Of a stretch of 64,000 nucleotides of DNA, positions 1 to 13,199 are shown one piece after another. Source of the stretch: Octopus sinensis (taxonomy: Eukaryota); contig NW_021832532.1 in assembly GCF_006345805.1 (NCBI RefSeq), positions 62,001 to 126,000 of the forward strand. Direction: 5' to 3'. A program made the translations under genes and the position numbers. Numbering within the stretch: the stretch's first letter is position 1; each line of letters begins with the position of its first letter. Below the pieces are notes generated by a model. It ran no database searches. It was not told the DNA's origin and worked only from the letters and a program-made list of their open reading frames with translations.

Positions 1-1075
1 AATGGGATGAGACATAAAATGATAAAAAGTTCATTGGTTAATTGAGAATATAGGCCCATTTGAGAGCACACTGTCTGAGAGTGGTGGTAGACTAAAGTAA
101 ACACAGAAGGTTTTGCACTGGTGACTATAAATGAGATGGGGAGGAAAGAGAATTTTGTACAAAATTTAGTCATGTCGACTGAAAAGTGTCAGATATGAGA
201 ATTCTTGGACATTAGTATAGATTTTCTTGATAACAAATGAGAAATCTCAGGTGCAATTTCGAAAGTGGAATATCTTGCAGATTGTATGAAGTCACAAGTG
301 AAAATCAAGTGTGAAGATTTCAGCTTTCCCTTGAATTGAGTTACAGTTTGAATAATTGCAGCAACAGCCTGGACCTTGCTAAAAGCATCTAAATATCTAG
401 AAACTGGTTTAAAATCGAGCAACATGTTATGTTTACTATTTCAAAGGTAGACTGTGTGTTTATCATGATACCAGTGATAGAGGGATAATTACCAGTTGAG
501 CATTTGGGTTGATGTAATCGGTTAGCCACCTTTCCCCTACAATTTCAGGGCTTGTGTCTACAGTAGAAAGAATTATGTATGATACTGGTATATGCATTAT
601 TTCTTTGTGACTTTTATTGAGAATTTTGATTATATTTACAGAGGAGTTTTCATTTGTTTTACCCTTACTAAAGTATTGTTTGATAATTGCAAAAAGTATG
701 GTAGGAAGATGAATAAAGTTAATGTTTTGTTGGAATATTTGAAAATGTGAGGTTGAGGAGATAAAAACAAGCAGAGAAGGAGTGCTTAAAGGAAGCATAT
801 CTGAAAAGGAAGGATTTCAAAATCTATTTTGTTTGAAGTATAGGGTAGGTTAAGTTGGATGAGGTACTTTTAGCCAACTTGGTAAGAATCAGAGACAGTG
901 TGATATTATTAACAATGACAGAGAGAATACAACTTGATAATTGGGAGAAGAGTATTGTTGAATTAAGGTTTTGCTTATATTTTGCCTGTATCAGATATAT
1001 GTACTATTATTTATGTATTTATAATAAAACATTAATTTCTTGAATAAGAACATAATTCTTTGTATTATTTTGCAG

Positions 1076-1108
1076 ATCTCATATATTACATTTATTCCTA
1101 AGTTCACG
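1076..1108 (+). CDS. Candidate 33-nt exon of the cadherin gene (ISYITFIPKFT)
   Basis: Acceptor ...tgtattattttgcag and donor ACG|gtaaga. The 33 nt are stop-free in phase 0 and would place ...PKFT directly before the DG that opens exon 6390, as in cadherin strand F followed by DG. No diagnostic motif inside the exon. Confidence 0.45.
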
Positions 1109-1209
1109 GTAAGAATATATACTTCTAATACATAACTTTTTATGATTGGCTTAGTTGACACATAAATTGAAAGCTGAATTCCTTATATTTAATTCCAAAT
1201 GTATGTATA

Positions 1210-1504
1210 TCTTTATATACAAAAGTGAAGTTGTGTGAGTGTCTGTCTCCTGCGATTTAGATTCCTAACTACTCCCACATTTTGCGATGCAGTTTAACCA
1301 AAAGTGGGTGTCTTATAGTCGTGATTCATGTCGAGACCTTCTGGGTATTAGCGCGCGTCTACGCTGAGTCTACGATTTAAAAAAAAATTACCATCATTTT
1401 TCCCATTTTTAATGCCTTTTTTTGCTATTATATAAGGGAAGTAACTCTCTAAAAATGCTTATATTTCCCTTACAAACCCGAGCAACGCCGGGCGATACTG
1501 CTAG
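1210..1504 (+). mobile_element. Non-autonomous Helitron-like element (~295 bp)
   Basis: Starts with TC (A|TCtttatatac), ends with CTAG|T, has a GC hairpin cccgagcaacgccggg at 1477-1492 just before the CTAG, and sits between A and T. Confidence 0.75.
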
Positions 1505-2019
1505 TCTTTAATATAATCAGAAAATAATGGGAGAATATGTGATTGTAACTTCATTTAAATTGAAAGAAACTCAATTAGGAATCTGGTCTCATATTTTCTC
1601 CTTTAAAATTTTAGAAACCTTAAGTTATTTGAAAACTATCATAAATGTATCAGCAGAAAAACCACCTAGTGAGCAGTTTTCTGCTAGCCATTATGATAAT
1701 GATATGCTTTTCGTTTGTGTGTTCATTCATTTTTATAACTGTTTTTCCATGCTGGTGTGCATAAGGTAAACTGGTTATTGAAGCAATATCTTTTCGCTGA
1801 ATGTTTTGCCTGATTCTAATTCTTACACATTTTTCAAAGAATCTCATATTTCACATGACTTTGAAGGCATGAAGCGAATAGAGAAATGCCAACAAGAATA
1901 CTGCTTGGATGTTGTGACTTTCAGTTAAGCAAGTGCAGATGTAAATAAACTGAGACACACACACACACACACACACACACATGTGCATGCATGTATACAC
2001 TCACACACACATTCATGCA

Positions 2020-2160
2020 CATGACTGGTTTCTTTCAGTTTCTTATTACTGAACCCACTCCCAAAATTTTGATTGGCTCAGGGTGATAGTAGAAGACATG
2101 TGCCCAAGGTATCATGCAAAACTACTCAGTTAGGAAGTTGACTTCTGAACTGCTTGGCTA
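2020..2160 (-). mobile_element. Degraded tRNA-derived SINE 5' half
   Basis: Similar to 48147-48298 (tttctttcagttt...gtagaagacatgtgcccaaggt), next to a (CA)n tract. Confidence 0.45.
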
Positions 2161-3406
2161 TGTTTGCCCAATATATATATACTATCTGTGACTAAGTTTG
2201 AAGGTTGAAGTTTGAACTACGTAGTTGTTTCAGATGCTGCTCTTCAGTATCCTACATTAGTATTTCTTCATAATTTGCAAGACTGATGGATGATGGATGT
2301 AACATAAACCTAATACTATAGGTCACCAATTTTTAGTGAGGAATGTCACTGAAGCAAAAGAGTTCTATGTTTCAAGAAGTTCATAATAATTTATTTTTAC
2401 ATTTTTAATGAACACTAAACAAAGTGCATATGAAGAAATATTTTCCTGTTGTGAATGTTAATGAACATCAACTATTTGTTGAAGAATGTGTGTGTAGCAA
2501 GACATGATTTAATCTGGCAAAACCTACGATATAATTTAAATTGGGTATTTCACCGACTGTAGGATGAATACAGATAAACACCAGAAAAGGATGCATAGTG
2601 TTGAATAAGAACAATGTTAAAGAAGCATAGCTGAATTATAATAAAGACACTAGGACTGTCAAAATTGACAAAACTTTAAGCTGATTATAAGAACTGTAAT
2701 AACATTTCAGCAGGAATACTAAAAGTACAGACAGAGCTGTCTACTTTGCCAAAGTTTCCAAATTAGTTATAAACAGTGAACAAGACTTCAGCTGATATAT
2801 TGTGAGTGCTGCTAGGTTGGGCTAATCAGCCAAGTTTCCAAACAGGTTATAAAAATGGGTAAAACAAAACAGGTATATTGTAAAAGCCACTAAGGTTGTT
2901 AGGCAAGTTAAAATTGATAAATCAGTGACTACATCTTGTTGACTTGAAGTATCAATAGCAATGAGGTGTTTTCATCTTGCTGGTCCAACAGCAATGTACA
3001 GTTGAGCAGTAGTTGCCACATATATCCTTCCACAATCAGAAGTAAATTGATGAAATTGACAAAGCACAACTGTGCTATGTTGCCACAACAAAATAATGCC
3101 AACGTGTCTCACTACATAGTTATGGAAATAGCTCAATTAGAAACAAATTGAGATTAGATAAGACACAGTTCAGTTTTGTGCCAGGGAAAAGTATTATGGA
3201 TAATTTGTTCCTAATGAGACACTTGCAAGAGAAAGCTTAACTAAAAAAAGTAAGCCACTGTACTGTCATCAACATAGAGAAAAAGTTTCTTGCTCTGTAA
3301 TCAGATGACCACTAAGAAAGCTAGGTGAATGGCTTGGAAGATCCATACTAACTATGTAAAGAAATGCTGTCAGTAAGGTAAAAGTTAGCACTTTGTAGAG
3401 TTATGT

Positions 3407-3449
<43 letters not shown>

Positions 3450-3474
3450 AGGTTTGGAGATGATGTACAGGTAT

Positions 3475-4421
3475 TATATATTAGAAGAAATGAGGTAATC
3501 AGAAGATCGGATGGTTCATATTTACAGATATTTATTTATATATTACATTTTTTACATATATATATCATATCATTCAGATCATATCATTCAGATCATTAGT
3601 GCTTTCCCCCATTCTAGTGGGGTTTTCAAATCAAAATAATCCCTTTGTGGGGAATTTTAATCATTTTATAGAGTTTCATAGTGGTGGGGAGGAACAAGAC
3701 AGCACAAGAGGGTGAAGTGGATGAGGAGGAAATGAGAGAGAGAACATGTGTGTATGTGTATGTGTGTGTGTGTGAGTGTGTGTGCGTTTGTAACTGAGGC
3801 TAAAGAGAAAGAGGGGAAGGGAGAGGGAAGAAGAAGAAGGATTTCCTTTGGCCTGCTGGACCCCCCAAGGGAGCTCTAAGAATTTTAGCTTTTTGTCCAT
3901 TCTAGTGTCACTGAGTGTGTGTTGGTGGATAGGTTTCTTTTTTTCTAATATTTCATGTGTAAGCATGTATATATATATATATATATATATAGTGACATTG
4001 AAGGACGCATCTTTCGATTTACAATCTAATATAGTAGAACATTTAGTATATGTCTGTATGTGTATATATATATGTGTGTATTTGTATATATATATATTGC
4101 CTGTTATATACATTATATTATTATTTTTATAATTTACTTCCATCTTTACTTTTTAATTGTCACTTTAATTTTAACTTTCCTATGATATACAATTTTCAAG
4201 ATGGTGTAATTTGGTTGTTCATTTTGAACCGATAAAAGGTTTCTTTTCAAATATTTCATGTATAAGTCTGTGTATATATATGTAGTGGTATAAATATCAA
4301 CACACAAAAAAATTTTTTTTTCTTCTCCTCTTCCTCCCATATTTTTATTTTTATTTTTATTTTTATTTCCCTTTTCTCTTTTTGTCTCTCTCTCTTCTCC
4401 AAACACACAGACACACACACA

Positions 4422-4483
<62 letters not shown>

Positions 4484-5050
4484 CGGACACACAGAGACAC
4501 ACACACATACACCTCCACAAAACAATCATACAAAGTAGAAGAGTTCTTAGACCCCAAATGGCATTTGACCATCCTCAAAATCATAAAAGGTGTAATTTAT
4601 GGCCTGCCTACCCACCAACACACACTCAGTGACACTAGAATGGACAAAAAGCTAAAATTCTTAGAACTCCCTTGGGGGTCCAGGAGGCCAAAGGAAATCC
4701 TTCTTCTTTCCTCTCCCTTCCCCTCTTTCTCTTTAGCCTCAGATACAAACGCACACACACACACACACTCACACACATACACATACACACATGTTCTCTC
4801 TCTCATTTCCTCCTCATCCACTTCACCCTCTTGTGCTGTCTTGTTCCTCCCCACCACTATGAAACTCTATAAAATGATTAAAATTCCCCACAAAGGGTTT
4901 ATTTTGATTTGAAAACCCCACTAGAATGGGAGAAAGCACTAATGATCTGAATGATATGATCTGAATGATATGATATATATATGTAAAAATGTAATATATA
5001 AATAAATATCTGTAAATATGAACCATCCGATCTTCTGATTACCTCATTTC

Positions 5051-5062
<12 letters not shown>
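3475..5062. repeat. Long inverted repeat: ~455-bp arms (3475-3933 / 4607-5062), ~670-bp microsatellite-rich spacer
   Basis: The arms are reverse complements. The ORF track shows the same peptide HQHTLSDTRMDKKLKFLELPWG on both strands. (TA)n tracts lie outside both arms. Confidence 0.9.
4402..4510. repeat. (CA)n microsatellite
   Basis: Direct inspection. Confidence 0.95.
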
Positions 5063-5098
<36 letters not shown>

Positions 5099-5164
5099 GG
5101 TCCCGGGTTGATCCGGGGTTAACCACAGTAAGTAAGGTACTCAATACATAGCAGAGTAAAATTA

Positions 5165-5301
5165 ATTTATTATATAGAAGGAGCTTCTACAGGACTAGTA
5201 CTGTTTCATTCAAGAGAAATCTTCAGGAAGCAGGGCTTCCTGAAGATTTCTCTTGAATGAAACAGTACTAGTCCTGTAGAAGCTCCTTCTATATAATAAA
5301 T
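5165..5301. repeat. Perfect 67-bp-arm hairpin with 3-nt loop
   Basis: 5165-5231 is the exact reverse complement of 5235-5301; the loop is AGG. Confidence 0.95.
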
Positions 5302-5432
5302 ATATATATATATATATATATATCATCATCATCATCATCATCATCATCTTCACATTTCTTCGAGCTGTGCAAATAATACTGAACTGAGTTGGTGCTTCAA
5401 TTTAAGTACCTAATTCAACTGAATCTCAACAT

Positions 5433-5433
5433 T

Positions 5434-5514
<81 letters not shown>

Positions 5515-5530
5515 ATATTATATATATATA
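5433..5530. repeat. (TA)n microsatellite
   Basis: Direct inspection. Confidence 0.95.
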
Positions 5531-5788
5531 TTCTTTTCATCTCACTGTTGCCATTGTTTTTAATCGAAATCATTTGTTTACATCTTTCTGGAAAATTATG
5601 ACCAGCTTTGTTAGAAAACTATTGTTCTTTTTTTAATTTCTGTTCTGTTGTTGCTTGTAGATTTTTAAACACTAATTTCTGAACTTGAGTATACCATTGA
5701 AAAATAGAGTGGAGCATAGCCATCCATTTCTCCTTTCTTTCAATGCCTCCTTGGATCTTTCTACTCCTGCAGGGGGTTGGTACTGCAT

Positions 5789-5804
5789 AGTTTGGGAACC
5801 ACTG
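5789..5804 (-). mobile_element. Solo hAT-like terminal inverted repeat (CAGTGGTTCCCAAACT)
   Basis: Matches the typical hAT/Charlie terminus; no partner end found. Confidence 0.35.
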
Positions 5805-6389
5805 GTTTAACCAATACATTAAACAAGCATTCAGTTAGTGAAATAATTAGATATTTAACCAATTGACTAAGAATAAAGAAGTGGAATTAAACCTGTGCAT
5901 ATGTTGTTCTTATTTGTGTATTGACTCTCCCAAGATACAACTAAATATATATTGAGAAGTAATATTTGTTGCCACTTCAACATGACTTTTTCTGTATGAA
6001 CTGGTGTTACTACCAATTTTAACCCCAAGAGGAAGCATCCTTCATACAGAACAGCCATGTTGAAGTGGTGACAAACATTACTTCTCAGTACAGTTACTAC
6101 TTTCATGTCTTATAGAGATTTTCTAATTAGATATTTTGCTTGTGAAATATATATTATTCAAATTCAATTTGTAAATTTGTCTTATTCACTGTTCTATCAG
6201 CAGCAATGATAAAATAAGAATCAACAATTTATTTTGTAATGAGTTCATACAAATGATTGCAAAAGTGTTGAGTCATCCTATGTAATGCTTTTTTGTGATG
6301 TAAAAGCAGTTTTGCAATGTAAAAGTAGAACTCATGTCTTTGAAATTTTATGGAATTATAACATTTGAATATCTGTTTTTTAAATTCAG

Positions 6390-6488
6390 GATGGCTCAGA
6401 AGGTAATATATGTAACTTTATAATTATTGATGAGAATGACAATCATCCAGTTTTCGGGAGTCAACGATATAAAGCAACAATACCAGAG
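6390..6488 (+). CDS. Cadherin-repeat exon (DGSEGNICNFIIIDENDNHPVFGSQRYKATIPE)
   Basis: Acceptor tttttaaattcag and donor GAG|gtaaga; 99 nt, phase 0-0. Contains the Ca2+-binding linker DxNDNxPxF and ends at the xE of the next repeat. Hand translated. Confidence 0.9.
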
Positions 6489-6544
6489 GTAAGAATTTGA
6501 CATTTTCTTTCAAAAGATTCTCTCTCATTCTTTCTCCTCTCTCT

Positions 6545-6900
6545 TTCTAATGCTTCATGGAAATGAAGTATTGAACATGACTGCAGAAGGCATAAGAATA
6601 CTTGAAAGAAATGAGATGCGCATGCATGCTCTACTGGATGTATTAATGTGCTTGTATGACAAAGTGCATATGTGCTGAGAGATAAATTGTGGTAAAAGAT
6701 GTACCAGATGTGGTGTACAAAAGAGAAGACTGCTGATATGGTCTTGTGATGGGTATGGATGAGCACAGCTGCATAAAGAAGTACAGACTGTTGAATGTGG
6801 ATGGAACTTATGAAGAAGACGATTCAGGAAAACATGAAATGAAGTAGTGAAGACCAGTGTCAGGTTGTTGAAACTTGCATAAAAGACTGAGCTGATTAGA
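6545..6900 (+). mobile_element. Degraded RTE LINE C-terminal fragment
   Basis: LHGNEVLNMTAEGIRILERNEM... aligns by eye with the RTE C-terminus at 22851-23168; many stops. Confidence 0.6.
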
Positions 6901-8099
6901 GATTCAGTGTGCACAAGAAACCTTACCCATCTCATAAAAACAAAATGAGGTATGGAAAGCGCATTGTTAATGCCTGTACCACTGCACCCATCTGTACCTG
7001 TCACAACTCATCTTTGCAACACCATCATACATTCAAACTTCTAACTATGGCCCAAATTCTTCAGCGGAACTACCCATATTCTACCCTTCCTTTTCTGCTA
7101 CTAGATATCCCTCCCCTAGGAGCCACATCTGTTGTCATCCACCCAACACTCTCAACATCATCCCTTATCATTTTATTTTCTAGGGAATGCCCATTTCCCC
7201 TTAACACCTCATATCTACCATCAATGCCCCACAGTTTTGTCCCTCAATGTATCCACCCCTACATGCCTTTCACTTTCATATCTGCTTCTGTGTAGCTTCT
7301 TTTTCTCCCATATAATATCTCCCTATTTCTCATCTATATACAGTTTTATTATACCGTTGCTCTCCATGTCCCATTTTTACATATTTCCACCTATCATCAC
7401 CTTCTCTCTGATCCACTCCTATTTTCCGTTATCCTCCCCATAAACCTGAGATTCACTATTGACCACATCTCCATCCACATTGACAACTCACTGCATTCCC
7501 CTCTATCCCCATCTCTAACTGTCTATCACTCTCCTTTCACACTCTCACGAATCTATCCACCCAGAAATCTTTGATTCTCTGTTCTTATTCCCTCTCCTTC
7601 TTATAACTTGAGAGTATGTCCTGACCCCTCATCTCCACTGTCTTTTCTCCCTTTGCAGATGGGATAAACACATACCTCCTCTGCAGCAAGACACCTTTTT
7701 CTGTCCCTCTATCTTGTCTTTTAACAACTGGAACAAAGACACCTCCTTCAGCACTGTACCTAAATCTTTCGAGGGGTCTTGTCTTGTGAGTTACTGGTGA
7801 CCATAGAAACCATGCCAAAGTAGACATTGGAGCTAGGCTTAGTCATTTGGTACAGTGCCATTGAACTGTCCAACTCATGCTGGCATAGAATACTGATGCA
7901 CCCTTAGCAATACTCTACCATCTCATTTAAATTGTGATCCCTGTACCTTGAGGGTATAGCCTGACATTTCACTACCATCTCTCTTCTATTCTGTTTTGCA
8001 CTCTCACCCTCTTGCTCACTTCCACACACTCTCTCATTCTTGATCATGCACTCTCTCTCTCTCTCTCTCTCTCCCTCTCTATTGGGTAACAATACATCT

Positions 8100-8480
8100 C
8101 TTCTACAGCAAGACAGCTGTTTCTATCCCTTTGTTACACTGTAACCTCTCATCACCTGGCACAAGGCTACATCAAACGATCTTTGTCCTGCAAGTTACTT
8201 GGTTACTCTCCAGTGCTGGTACTTCCACTCCACACTGTAATGTGGATGATACTTGGAAGGGCATTCAACTGTAAAAACCATGCCAAAAGAGGCACTGGTG
8301 CCACAAAAAAAAAACACTCAGTTCACTCTGTAAGATTGTTGGTGTTAGGAAGCACATCAAACCATAAAAATCCTGCCCAAATATACAGTGAAGCCTGGTA
8401 TATTTTTCTGCCTACCCAGCCCCTTTCAAATCGTCCAATGCATGCTAGCATCGAGAATGGATGTTAGATGATGATGATAA
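8100..8480 (+). mobile_element. Degraded RTE 3' UTR/tail
   Basis: Ends catgctagcatcgagaatggatgttagatgatgatgat, like the RTE tail at 23630-23680. Confidence 0.55.
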
Positions 8481-8598
8481 TGTATGTATGTATGTATGTA
8501 TATGTATGTATATGTATGTATGTATGTATATGTATGTATGTATGTAGTATGTATGTATGTATGTATGTATGTATGTATGTATGTATGTATGTATGTAT
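8481..8598. repeat. (GTAT)n microsatellite
   Basis: Direct inspection. Confidence 0.95.
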
Positions 8599-8984
8599 CA
8601 AGGCATGTTAACACATTGGATGCCAGAACTGGCTAGGTACCATAACATGACGTTTACAGTGAGGTAGACAACAATGAGGTATCATGTGTTAGTGTATGCT
8701 GTAGATATGAAGATATGTAAGTGCCAAATCCAATTTGAACAGTAGGTTTCAAGTATGGTATAGGTGTAAAAGAACACAAAGGGGGCTAAAATTTACTACG
8801 CCTGTTTAAGGAGAATTCTATGGATGCATTTATAGATTATATCAGCATAAATCCACCATCTTCAGGCGAAAGTTTTAAACAGGTATAAACAGTAAGCTGA
8901 AACACAAATTTAGATGCCACAAATCCAGAAAGTTGGCTGAACTAGGCAATGAGGACATAATATAATGTAACTCATATAGTTCGA

Positions 8985-9065
8985 GGTCGTTAAATTAAGT
9001 ACCACTTGCATATTGACAGGCCCCCTCCCTAAAAATTTTGGGCTTTGTGCCTTGAGTAGAAAAGA
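8985..9065 (+). mobile_element. Degraded Nin-domain-type SINE fragment
   Basis: ggtcgttaaattaagtacca...ttgtgccttgagtagaaa resembles the minus-strand copy at 43960-44110. Confidence 0.45.
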
Positions 9066-9295
9066 ATATGATTTAACCCACCTTGGATTTTCTAAAAAGC
9101 TATTTGTTTCCTTTGAGGAAATTTTTCCCTCATTGAGTAAACATTACCAATACACATAGGATAAGAATTTCTTTTTCAACCTTATCAAATCTAAAATGCA
9201 TTATAGCTGGTATAATCAGTGAAATATCAAAAAAACCATTTCAATAAAGATAGCATCAATAATAATGATAAAAATAATCATAATAATAATAATAA

Positions 9296-9830
9296 ACATC
9301 CTGATGCAATACTAGGCACTGGTTTTCATGGTTTCTGATCTTAACATATTGGAAGTGTTATCATGTACATGTGTTGTCATAGTATAAAAGATAGTCTACT
9401 ACAAAAAAAAACACAGATTTGCTTGTCACTTCTTTGACCTTAACCAGTTGAGCATGTCCCTTAGTGGCTGATGATATATGCATCTCTGATTATGAGTAAA
9501 AGTAGTGGGGATGCATCATAGCCATGTGCAGAGAGGAATTCTCTGGGGTTTAAATAATTTCCCTCTGGAAACATGGGTGTTTCTTTCAACATCCTTAAAC
9601 AACCCTTATTCAGGGGCCTTTTGAGTAGGATGAGTTACTTGACCTGAAGAAAATTCTAACTGGGTCTCAACTGCAAGGTTATGCACTGGTTATCTTGTCA
9701 TGTTGCATACATATGGTTATGATACATGTGCCTAGTGTACTCTTATCAGACAGGTAGTCATAATAGGTATACTTGGCTTTGTACATTTTATCTCACTGTC
9801 ACTTAGATAGTATGCAGTGCTCTCTCATTC
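9296..9830 (+). mobile_element. Non-coding ~530-bp repeat embedded in (TAA)n, copy 1
   Basis: Homologous to 20137-20660 and 36468-36900; starts cctgatgca and ends ctctctcattc followed by (AAT)n. Confidence 0.7.
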
Positions 9831-9881
<51 letters not shown>

Positions 9882-9882
<1 letters not shown>

Positions 9883-12410
9883 GTATGGAGCAACGAAAAA
9901 GAGTTTAATGCTGAGGCTGACTGGATAGAACGTGAGAATTTGAGACTGGATGAACTTGAAGAACAGAAATGGGAAGCAATAGGAATAGAGGAGCTAAGGT
10001 GTGTCCTTAGGAAGGCTCATAAATGGAAAACCCCAGGACTGGATCGGATCCCTAACTTTTGGCTGAATTGTTTGACAGAGGTACACGAAAATCTCGCTGC
10101 ATCTCTGTCTGATGTCATTCAGAACCCAGAGCAAATACCTGCTTGGCTGACTGAAGGAACCACCTACCTATTACCTAAAACCGAAGACACAAAAAACCCA
10201 AAGAATTACCGGCCAATAACATGTCTCAACACCACCTACAAAATCCTCACATCCATAATAACGGAGAGAATGTACGCTTTCCTTGAACAAAACTCTATCC
10301 TTCCACAAGCTCAAAAAGGTTGTAAAAGAAACTCTTATGGGTGCAAAGACCAATTGCTCATAAACAGAATGATTGTAGAGAATTGCCGGAGCAAAAACAA
10401 ATACCTGAGTATGGCATGGATAGACTACAGGAAAGCGTATGACAGTGTCCCACATAAATGGATACTCAAGGCCCTTGAGATATACAAGATCTCTCCTGTC
10501 GTCTCAAAATTCTTAGAGAATAGCATGACCATGTGGAACACACGTCTCTTTCTAAGCCATAGTAATGGGATGAGCCAGTCCAACAGCATCAACATCAAAC
10601 GAGGCATCTTTCAAGGTGACTCCCTCTCTCCATTACTTTTTTGCATGGCACTGATCCCACTCTCAAACGAATTGGATAGTACCAGATATGGGTACAAAGT
10701 TTTTAGTAAGTTAATAAACCACCTTTTCTATATGGATGACCTAAAGCTGTTTGCCAGAATGACCAAGAGTTAGAAGGGCTGCTAACAACTGTTAAAGAGT
10801 TTAGCAATGATATCGGAATGGATTTTGGCCTTGATAAGTGTGCTAAAGCAACTTTTGTAAGAGGCAAGCTCAGGCAAACAGCTTCTGTTAAATTAGATAT
10901 TGACACTACCATCAAGGAACTTGACCCACAAGAAAGTTACAAATACCTAGGAATCAATGAAGGAGATGGTATACATCATGCTACTATGAAGGAAAAAATA
11001 AGAAAGGAATACTATAGGAGAATAAGGCTTGTACTGAAGACTGAACTCAACTCCAAAAATTGCATTGAGGCCATTAATACCCTGGCGCTTCCAGTAGTCC
11101 AGTACAGTTTTAACATCATTAACTGGAACCTTACGGAACTCCAACGCTTTGACAGGGAGACAAGAAAATTACTGACATCCAAGAGCATGCACCACCCTAA
11201 GGCAGATGTAGACCGCCTGTACCTACCTAGAAGCAGCGGGGGGAGAGGAATGATGCAATTAGAGCTGTAGGAATGAACAGGTACCTATCTAGTACAAAGG
11301 ACTGGATGCTGTGACTTGTGTGCGAATACGAAAGCAGCAAAAAGCTGCATTCTATTGTCAAGGAAGCCTATATGTTTGAAAGGGAACTAGACATTAACCT
11401 TGAATCAGATGAAGAGCTGGAAACCACTGCTACCAAGCAAGCAAAGCGAATCAAGCAGACTGCAAAAAAGAACGGGCAGAATCAAATTGAGAGGCGGTGG
11501 AGCCAGAAGCCCCTGCATGGACAATATATTCTCCGAAGCCAAAATGCTGATGTAGACCAAGCAACAACCCATCAGTGGCTGAAGAGTTCTGGATCGAAAG
11601 CAGAAACTGAAGGCTTCATAATGGCAGCACAAGATCAAAGCTTGTTTACCAGAAATTACTGGGCTAACGTTCTCCGAAACGGTACTGACCCTAAATGCAG
11701 ATTCTGCGACACATTTGACGAAACGATAGACCATCTCGTTTCAGGATGTCCTGTGCTGACACCAAACGAATACAAAAATCGCCACGATAGGGTAGGACAG
11801 TATATACATTGGAAGATATGTAAATACTACAAATTCGACACTCCTGCTAACTGGTATGAACACCATCCTCAGCCAGTTGTTGAAGGTAAGGATGTCACCA
11901 TCCTCTGAGATTTTCCAGTCAACACTGACAGAACGATCAAGGCTAATCGACCAGACATAATTGTTAAAGACAGGGAAGAAAATACCTGCAGACTAAGAGA
12001 GGTAAGTGTCCCCACTGATAAAAATGTATCTGTAAAGGAATTTGACAAACTTAGTAAATATAAGGACCTGGAAATCGAAATACAAAAGATGTGGAATCTT
12101 AAAACAAAAACTGTTCCTGTTATTGTAGGTGCCCTAGATATGATAAAAAAGGGATGTCAGAAACACCTAGACAATATCCCTGGAGAACCATGTCTCAAGG
12201 AAATCCAAAAGATTGTGCTAACAAGTACTGCCCACATCCTTAGAAAAACTCTATCAATGTAAATGTTTGTGTTTGTATTACATGGAGATATTCTCTACTT
12301 CCCCTCCCCAAGCTTTCAGCTATATTTCAACAACTCTTAACCTTCACTTGCCCTAGGGCGCTGGGTGTACCCCGGCAAGTGATTGCATCAAACATGCAGA
12401 TTAAAAGTAA
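9882..12410 (+). mobile_element. R4/Dong-clade LINE, 5'-truncated (RT + RLE endonuclease), family 1
   Basis: RT motifs YRPITCL, DYRKAYD, GIFQGDSLSP, YMDD. C-terminal CRFC..HLVSGC, RHD and RPD...KYKDL. Flanked by (AAT)n and (GATAAT)n; several stops and frameshifts. Confidence 0.9.
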
Positions 12411-12439
12411 ATGATAATGATAATGATAATAATAATAAA

Positions 12440-12880
12440 GTAAGGGATACAGAGAATGTATATTAGGAGTATTAGAATCTGACAAAGTACTACCTACAGA
12501 AATGGAAGTGAAAATTGAGAAGGAGTACAATAGAAGGGTGAGGAAGCTAAGGAACTGAAAACGAAATGGTCTGAATCTAGAGAAAGCTGTAAATACTTGG
12601 GCAATATCATTACTTGGATATTCAGCAGCTTTTGTAGATTGGACAAGATCTGAATTAGCAAAGTAAAAGTGTTTGAACAATTGGTTGGTGGGTGGGGACA
12701 AAAGTTTTTGCATGGCAAATATGTGACCTGTTATGAACAAGCTGATGTAGACCAGAAGCACATGCATCAGTGGTTATGGCACTCAGGGCTAAAGGCACAG
12801 AGTGAAAGCTTTATCCTGGCTGCTCAAGATCAAAGCTTATTGACCCAGAATTTCCAAGCCAATGTGATGTGAACAATCTG
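12440..12880 (+). mobile_element. Degraded R4-like fragment
   Basis: QWLWHSGLKAQSESFILAAQDQSLLTQNFQANV in ORF 12669-12872. Confidence 0.65.
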
Positions 12881-13007
12881 GTGTCTTTATTTTAAGGGCC
12901 TACAAATGTATGTAGTGAGTCTCTTTACCCTAGGTGTCAGGAAGACACTTAGCAAGAAACAAACCAAATTAAAGAAGTTAATAGTAATAATAATAATGAT
13001 AATAATA

Positions 13008-13051
<44 letters not shown>

Positions 13052-13199
13052 AAGGGGGCGGTGGTGGTGGTAGAGAATTGCTACCAAGCTCTCAAACAGT
13101 ATAAAAACTAACAACATAATCATGATATTTAATGTTGCTCTTAGACAGATCATAAGAAATGAGAGAAATGACTTTACAACTTAAATAACCTCATCTCTT

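Noticed and set aside
189-425. 78-aa minus-strand ORF as a gene
   Set aside because: No recognisable motif or splice context; probably decayed repeat.
2748-2855. Imperfect ~25-bp direct repeat (gccaaagtttccaaa..gttataaa)
   Set aside because: Only two diverged copies in AT-rich DNA; not a CRISPR-like or otherwise meaningful array.
3676-4912. Poly-HT, poly-CV and poly-IY ORFs
   Set aside because: These are translations of (CA)n/(TG)n/(TA)n microsatellites. The same applies to poly-I/Y/N ORFs near 13000, 16050, 30400, 33750, 37800 and 41200.
6390-6402. 13-nt micro-exon using the donor AAG|gtaata
   Set aside because: The frame continues to the cadherin DENDNHP motif and a better donor at 6489.
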